A stretch of DNA of 56,839 bases, counting the filler, from Sphacelaria rigidula (taxonomy: Eukaryota), in the NCBI GenBank assembly GCA_964200075.2. It is 4 parts of 4 records of this genome, joined end to end, with 100 filler letters (N's around TTAATTAATTAA, not from the genome) between each part and the next. Parts side by side here need not be neighbours in the genome. Positions count along the whole stretch, not along the records: positions 42,707 to 56,839 come from CAXNAA020002439.1; 3 more parts are not named here. One strand, given 5' to 3'. The notes under the pieces are model-generated. The model saw nothing but the letters and a program-made list of their open reading frames with translations. It had not been told where the DNA came from and did no database searches. Shown piece by piece: positions 50,192-56,839 of the stretch; positions within the stretch are counted from its first letter, which is position 1, and the number at the start of each line of letters is the position of its first letter. Made by a program: the position numbers and the translations under genes.

Positions 50192-53100
50192 ATGTGCTCT
50201 CGTCACGTATCGAACGGTGCAAGGTTGTCTCTTTCTACTATTCGCACCCGACGATTAGCTGCCTTTCCGAATATGGCATCGGACCGTCTTGGGAACTGTC
50301 GGCCTGGAGTAGCGAGCGTAGCTCACAGCTTTGCTACTAGGCGAACGGTAGAAAGAGCAGAAGCTGGAGCCCGCAGTACCGCAAAGGTCAAGAGGCGTAC
50401 GGAGCTGAACAATGCTCATGTGTCGCGAAGAAGGAGCCGGGGCGAGATGTCGAATGAGGAGCTTTCACGTAGAGGTGGACTCAATCCAGCTTTGTTCATG
50501 CGGCAGTTGACAGAAGCCAAAGCCCGCAGCGACTGGCAGGAAGCGGACAAATTATTGGCGGAAGCTCTGCTTTGTGCGGGTGTAGACCCTGTGCGAATGT
50601 GCAACGCGACGATTGCGGTCTACGCTAAGTGTGGAAGGTGGCGACAAGCGGTAGAGTTGCTCGATCGGATGAATCGCGAGGGTATGAGACCTGATGCTTT
50701 TACATACAGCTCGACAATAGACGCGTGTGCAAGCGGCTGGAACTGGGAAAAGGCGCTCGAGCTACTTGATGAGATGGAAAAGAAGGGTGTGCAAGCGAAT
50801 GTGGTGAGTTATACCTCCGCCATCACCGCTTGTGGGAAAGGTCGCAAGTGGGAGGAAGCATTGTATCTGCTGCGAAAAATGCAGGAACATGGCCTCGTTG
50901 CGAACGTGGTGACATATGGAGCGGCTGTTGCTGCGTGTGCATACAGCAGCAGATGGGAAGAGGCGATCGAAGTTCTGAGGGAAATGGAAGCAGCACGGGT
51001 ACCTCCAAACGTCGTTATTTACACCGCGGCGATGAAGGCTTGTGCAAACTGCGCACGATGGCGGGAGGCACTCGAACTGCTGAAAGAAATGAAAATGAAG
51101 GAAATCCCTGCAAATGTTATCAGCTACACAGCGGCCATTAAAGCCTGTGGGGCCGGTGGGCAGTGGGAGATCGCTTTGAATTTGTTCAGGGAGATGCGGG
51201 CTGAGGGAATCATTGCGAACGTCGCGAGCTACGATGCTGCTCTCAGTGGGTGTGAAGATGATGATCGCTTCTGGGAAACATCGTTGGATCTTGTGAGCCA
51301 GGTGTGAGCCTCACGCGGGAGGGGTGGTATTGATTTCTCGTTATCTTTCTAAAAGAAACCCTCGTGGAATGGGGTTACGCATGAAATCAATCTCGGTAAT
51401 TCCCTACGAACATCCCTTCCAGCTACACCCGCAACGCAGATTCCAATTTCACAAAGTGAAGTTGGTTTCTGCTGCGGGTAAAAATTCGACTCACTGGTTT
51501 TTTGCGACTCCGTTTTTACGACTTGATTTCTGCGACTCTTTTTCTGCGACCTGATTCTTGCGACTTGATTCTTGCGACATCTTTTTTGCTAGATTTTCCC
51601 ACTCTAAAACCCCTACAAATTTCGTTTCTTTGGGGGATAACTTTGTCAAACAAGAACCAAACGCATCTTGCTCCCAGGGGCACCTAGACACAGGGTAGTT
51701 GCTGCTGCCTACCTAGCATCGTCTTCCAAATCGAAGCGTTGAGTAAGAACGCCCAGCGTTCGGTGCCCATGTACAAGGATGATCTACATCGTGTATAATG
51801 CTCCAAAACATACCCGACAAGGGGGCACCATTCCCGTACAGACAGTAGCAATGCTAGCGGATCCTACGTCCTGACAGTCTGGCAGCCGGCGAGATGGTTA
51901 TGGTAGCCGGCAAGGTGGTTATGGTGGTGTTTTTCTAGCGATATCAACTTACAGTGCATTGGAGCAGAGTTTGCAGGTGAACGTTTCGCCGATTGCCTCA
52001 CCTGCAGTTCGCCCAGATGTTGCGGACTTTTTTCACGATATTACCGGGTAACATTACATGCATTTACATGTGGAAATGGACCAGACCCCCCGCCGTAACA
52101 TTGTAAGTGGAGATGTACCAGAAGCTGCATTATACATGGAAATGTACCCAACCGAGGACAAAAAATTTCTACATGCAGTCCGAACACGTTGTTAAAAATG
52201 TACTGCACATCTATTTTGGACGCCGGTATCCACCTCTCGGTAGATGTGGGCGAATCAGCCACGGCTGTGTTACCATGCAGCTTCGCCCAAGATACAGGCA
52301 GCCATTACAGCGGCGTAGGCGGCCTTTTACTCCTGCGTGCGTCCTCTGGGGCAAGCGCACGCTGGAGCTGCAACACGGATAGCTTCACAAAATGTGACGT
52401 AGCGATATACTGTAGCGCATAGCGAGGGGTGATATCCTGCGTACACGTTGGCCGCGATACAAGCGGCTGTATTCATGATGTGGCGAACTGCATAGGACAA
52501 CGCGAAATCACTGCAGGACAGGGATATACTGAGGATGTGACGTCCTGCGGTGTGCTTCGTCACCCTGCACCCTGCCGCTGTGCAGTGAGAAGGTAGTACC
52601 GCCGCAGCCGTCACGTTGCGGTTGGTACGCAGTTTGGGCTCCAGGCCCATAGAACAACCTCTGCATTGAGTTAAATAAAACGCACTGGATTGAAATTACA
52701 TGGGTGAAGCGCGTTATTTTCGAGCAGCACGCGCGCTATTTTCCGTGTTGCCGACATCGTGCCAGCGCGCTTGTGCACTACAGCGTTGTACGTCCCCTCG
52801 TGGCAGCCCGTCACGGTATTGCTCCTGATGTTTTATCACGCTTTATTCGAAAACACGCAGAAGAGATGCCAGCGAGTCCATCGTTATTGCACTTAGAGCT
52901 GTGGTGAACCAGTTTGTTTTCGATCTAGTACTGCCGCATGCTCGGTGCTGTACTAAATAGCATACCGTACCAATTCAAAAACGAATATGCATGATACAAA
53001 CGCCACCGACATGCTCTGGTTATCATGAACTGTGTACGAGGCACGAGAAGCGTAGTTTTGTCAAGTAATGCAAGGACGCAAACATACTACAGTACAGGCA

Positions 53101-54452
53101 GTTTTATTATTGGCATGCAACGCCTGATTCGAACGAGACACAAGACAAGGCATTTACATTGTAATATCTGGGCGTTTTGGTACTGAAACGAGTCCACCAG
53201 TCCCTCCACTACCTACTGTAAGGAGATAGATACCATGTGTAAATACAATATAAGTTACGGGCAGACCTTCATGCTATCATTTTAGAGTAGAAGGGCCCAG
53301 CCGAGACCACTCCGGTTTCACCGCCGAAATATATATATATTGAAATTGGAAATGCCCTGGACACAGGGCAATCTAGAATACTACAGTACTCATGTCTGAA
53401 TCACAGAAGTATTGTGTGAAAGAAATGGGTTCCATAGCATTCACGCACGTTCGAGTCTGGTGGAGAGTCACACACAATGGGAGAAGAGGCGAAATCTTTG
53501 CCCCAATTGAAACTTTTTGGTTCCCATGTACAGTGGTACAGGCAATCCCCGCCCGAGGTAGTGTACCGCACCAGGTCCTTGGGAAGGCTCCAGTCTTGAC
53601 GTGCTACCGGGGGTGCTCGAGCATCATCTCTGAGTGGGTATTCCGTGGCGGTGCTGTTTTTTTCCAGCACGCTCCTCGGGGTGACTAGTTTCATGGCGCT
53701 GCTCGGTATGGTTACTTGTTGAAAAATCCGTATGGTGTGAAACGGAGACGAAACTACGGTACAACTCACCTGCGGAGGAGTGAGTAGTTTCACGTGGGTT
53801 CCGTGATCAGCATGCAGTGCACGGTACATCAAGGACAGAACAAATGGACTTCAATTTCACAAACAAATTGTTGCCGCGGCCTCTCTGTCCCCCTTACCGT
53901 TGACCGATTTAGGCCCGCGACGACGGTGATGTGGATACTGTGGTGAGCTGCAACACAGCCGAAAGTGATTCGCAGCATTCGCTGGATATTTTGAAGGAGA
54001 TGCAGGCGGACGGAGTAGTGGCACGCGTCATGACGTACGACTCGAGCACAAATGCATACGGTGCGAGCGGTCGGTGGTTGAAATCTTTACACCGCCTGAG
54101 CGAGATAAGAGCGTTGGGTGTTCGCGCTGATATCGTGAGCTACAACGCGGCTATCACGGCCTGTCGAGACAGTAACCAATGGGAGGCTGCGCTGGGACTC
54201 CTGCGTGAAATGCGGGCGGAGGGGATATCTCCTGATGCCGTGAGCTACGGTTCGGCCATGAAGGCCTGTGGCGACGGTGGACAGTGGAGGACTGTTCTGC
54301 TCCTCTTGAGGGAGATGCACACCGAACGTGTACCGCCAGACGCTGGTTGTTATAATGCAGCAATTTGGGCGGTTTTGAAGAGTGGCGACTCGGAAAAAAA
54401 GGAAAAAAATGGAAGAGCGGTCGTACATGTAAACACAACGCTCGTCCTGTAG
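50192..54452 (+). CDS. P-class pentatricopeptide repeat (PPR) protein, two exons
   Basis: Exons 50192-51301 and 53913-54452 join in phase 0 (CAG|GTGTGA...TTTAG|GCC). About 11-12 35-aa repeats such as VVSYTSAITACGKGRKWEEALYLLRKMQEHGLVAN. The Arg/Ser-rich N-terminus is compatible with organelle targeting. The start codon and 3' end are tentative. Confidence 0.9.
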
Positions 54453-55509
54453 TTCATTTGCTAGGCCCTCTGTGTCGTTCAGGCGGGTCCCACTACTTCA
54501 GAGAAGAAGCATGACTCTGGACGTTTTGCTTGAGGTTGAAGCGGTTTGAACGGAAATTCCGAGGAGAGGTGCACACCGATTTTCAGGTAATCCTTGAAGT
54601 AGTTATTTTTTTTGTTTATGGAGTGAGGCCCATTTGACTGAATTTCCGATGAAGAGATCCGTCTTCACCGCGGAAAAAAAGTGGAATGGAAACTACTTCA
54701 AGGATGACAGGAAACACATTAACTGACACCTCTCGAGATGTCAGGGTCTAACTCTCCAGCCCTTCGGCTTGGTTTCCTCATGCATGCGGACCGTAAAAAC
54801 TGCTAAGTACTGCCAAGGTTATTGATACTACAGGCCATGTGTACTATCTTGTCACATCGGTTGCTGGCTCCCTTCTTTGGTCTGCAGCTTCAGCGATATT
54901 CCCTGTCTGTGTGTCTGGATAGCAGGGTTTCCATCAGATTCAGAGTGAGTTTCATAACCAGCTCTGACTTGCCTATTTTTTTTTTGTGTGTCATTTCTCC
55001 CCCGTAACACTGTTGCATCCTTAAAGCAAGACGTCGATGCCCTACTCAGGGATATCAGGGGCTTTTGTGCCAGGGTATCACAGGAAGCGCAACAGGCCTC
55101 GTACAAGGCCTGGAGGGGCATTCCGGAAGTGAACCTGTTTCAGACATGAACAAACAATTTATGGTTATGGAATTTTTACATTGCTGCTGGTTGACGAAGC
55201 CATTGCAACAAAATATACATTGGGCTCATGCCACGCCTAAGAGCTTTCATTTGAGCCGCTCGTCGTAGCTGTCCATTTTCTCTTCGTCGCGATACCAGAA
55301 CAGAGCCCAGACGTGTACGCGGGATGGCGAAGCCAACCACTGTTTTTTTCTTTTTTTCTGTTTTTCTCCTCCTTGTTCTCCTTCCCTATCCCTTTTTGCC
55401 TTCTCTTTCCATTTACATTTTTTTTCTCTTTTATTTTTTCATTTTCGTGAGTGTGCGTGTGTGTGTGTGTGTGTGTGTTTTTTTTTAATCTTCTCTTTTC
55501 TTTTCTTGT

Positions 55510-56745
55510 TGTACTGCCAAAGAACGTCCGGACATGAGCATGAAATGACGCAGCTGACCATCCTTTTCTCTAAGCTACCAGAACACTGCCTGGACAAGGA
55601 CATGAAAAAGGGAAGATAACCACTTATGTAATTTAGCCTATCGTGACAGTCTGGACATGACCGTAAAATGACATTTTCATTGCTCAAATATCTAACACAA
55701 CCGGGACAGACACGAAACAACGAAGCTCCTCGCTTTTGTCTTGAACCTACCATAACACAGCCTGGGCAAAGACATGAAATAACGAAGCTAGCAAACTACA
55801 CTTTTTCGTTCAACTACCAGAGTAGACACGAAAAGACGAAGCTGATCGCTTTTGTGTTCAACCTACCACAAGACAACCCGTTAAAGAAGCCACTCACCCT
55901 TTCGTTTGGATAAGCCACAATATAAAATAGCAGATTATCGGAATTGAGGATGGAGCTCTTCATTGAGGATGATAACTCGGAAAATAAAAAAGCTTCGTAT
56001 CCACACCAAATCTGCGAAATATGGTTTCATTCCTTCACCTACTGGTGACTATTGACAAGTACTACACGCAATACAAATTTGGATTTCGTTAACGGGCTTG
56101 TTAGACTCCTAGGTGAAAACCCAATTCGAGGAATTTCGGCGATCCGATTGGATCACCTTAATCCCCCTAAGTTGTTTCTTGATCTAAGACCCCAACATTT
56201 TGTTAGATATACAACATATCTACTGAGCTAACAGTCCTCGGAGGGATCGAACCCCGGTTGTACTTTTGTTAGATATACAACATATCCACTGAGCTAACAG
56301 TCAGCGCTGACTGTTAACTCAGTGGATATGTTGTATATCTAACACATTCCGGTTATCGAAATCAAAATTTGTATCGCGTGTAGCAGTTGTCAACAGCGAC
56401 CAGTAGTAGGTGAAGGAATGGAGCCATATTTCGAAGATTTGGTGTCGATACGAAGCTTTTTATTCTCTGGGTTCTCATCCTCAGTAAAAAGCTCCATCCT
56501 CAATTTCCATGATCGGCTGTTGTATCCCGGGTATACAACTGAAACAACGAAGCTATCCTCCCTTTCCCGTAACCTACCAGAACACAGACCGGATATGGAC
56601 ATGAAACATCGAAGCTAACAATTTTAGTTTTCTTGAGCATACCGGAACACAGACCGGACACACACATGGAATGACAAAGCCAACCCTCCCCTTTTCTTCG
56701 CATTAACCAGAACACAGACCGGATATAAACGTAAAATATTGACGA
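55510..56745. repeat. Degenerate ~60-bp tandem array interrupted by a nested inverted-repeat element
   Basis: Units like ACCTACCAGAACACAGACCGGACATGAAA..ACGAAGCT at ~55510-55900 and ~56530-56745 flank IR arms ~55941-56096 and ~56349-56508 and a 78-bp palindrome at 56267-56344. Confidence 0.75.
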
Positions 56746-56769
56746 AAAAAAGTATTTTCTTCTTCCTCG

Positions 56770-56839
56770 AGCCGGTCGCCCCGGTGGCTCAGTTGGTAAC
56801 CTCGTAACCCTCTGATGGTTGAGTTGGGGGGTTCGATTC
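56770..56839 (+). mobile_element. tRNA-derived SINE head, truncated by the window end
   Basis: GCCCCGGTGGCTCAGTTGG contains the A box (56785-56796). GGTTCGATTC is the B box (56830-56839). No convincing anticodon arm. Confidence 0.6.

Noticed and set aside
15381..54452. CELF + LPMO + PPR as a functional gene cluster (two RNA-binding proteins near an enzyme)
   Set aside because: The genes lie on different contigs joined by artificial linkers, so their adjacency carries no information.

Overview
Eukaryotic nuclear DNA, most likely from a brown alga or another stramenopile. That is an inference from the long GT-AG introns, the repeat landscape and the protein families. The window is not one locus. 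Three identical artificial spacers (44 N + TTAATTAATTAA + 44 N) divide it into four pieces of 14136, 14135, 14135 and 14133 bp, which look like length-sorted contigs joined end to end. Piece 1 (1-14136) is almost all repeats: a ~3.4 kb GAACC-rich satellite, palindromes and foldback/MITE-like elements. Piece 2 carries a spliced CELF/Bruno-like RRM gene on the minus strand. Piece 3 carries a spliced AA15-like (LPMO_10-type) lytic polysaccharide monooxygenase with a C-terminal CBM1, whose first exon is not seen, and a truncated Ty3/Gypsy retrotransposon. Piece 4 carries a two-exon PPR gene whose code residues predict a U-A-A-(A)-A-A target, plus a tRNA-derived SINE and large hairpins. I found no multi-gene system. 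The best candidates for new biology are the LPMO-CBM1, the putative oligo(A)-reading PPR, the atypical CELF and the SINE/foldback families. Most ORFs in the supplied track are spurious.
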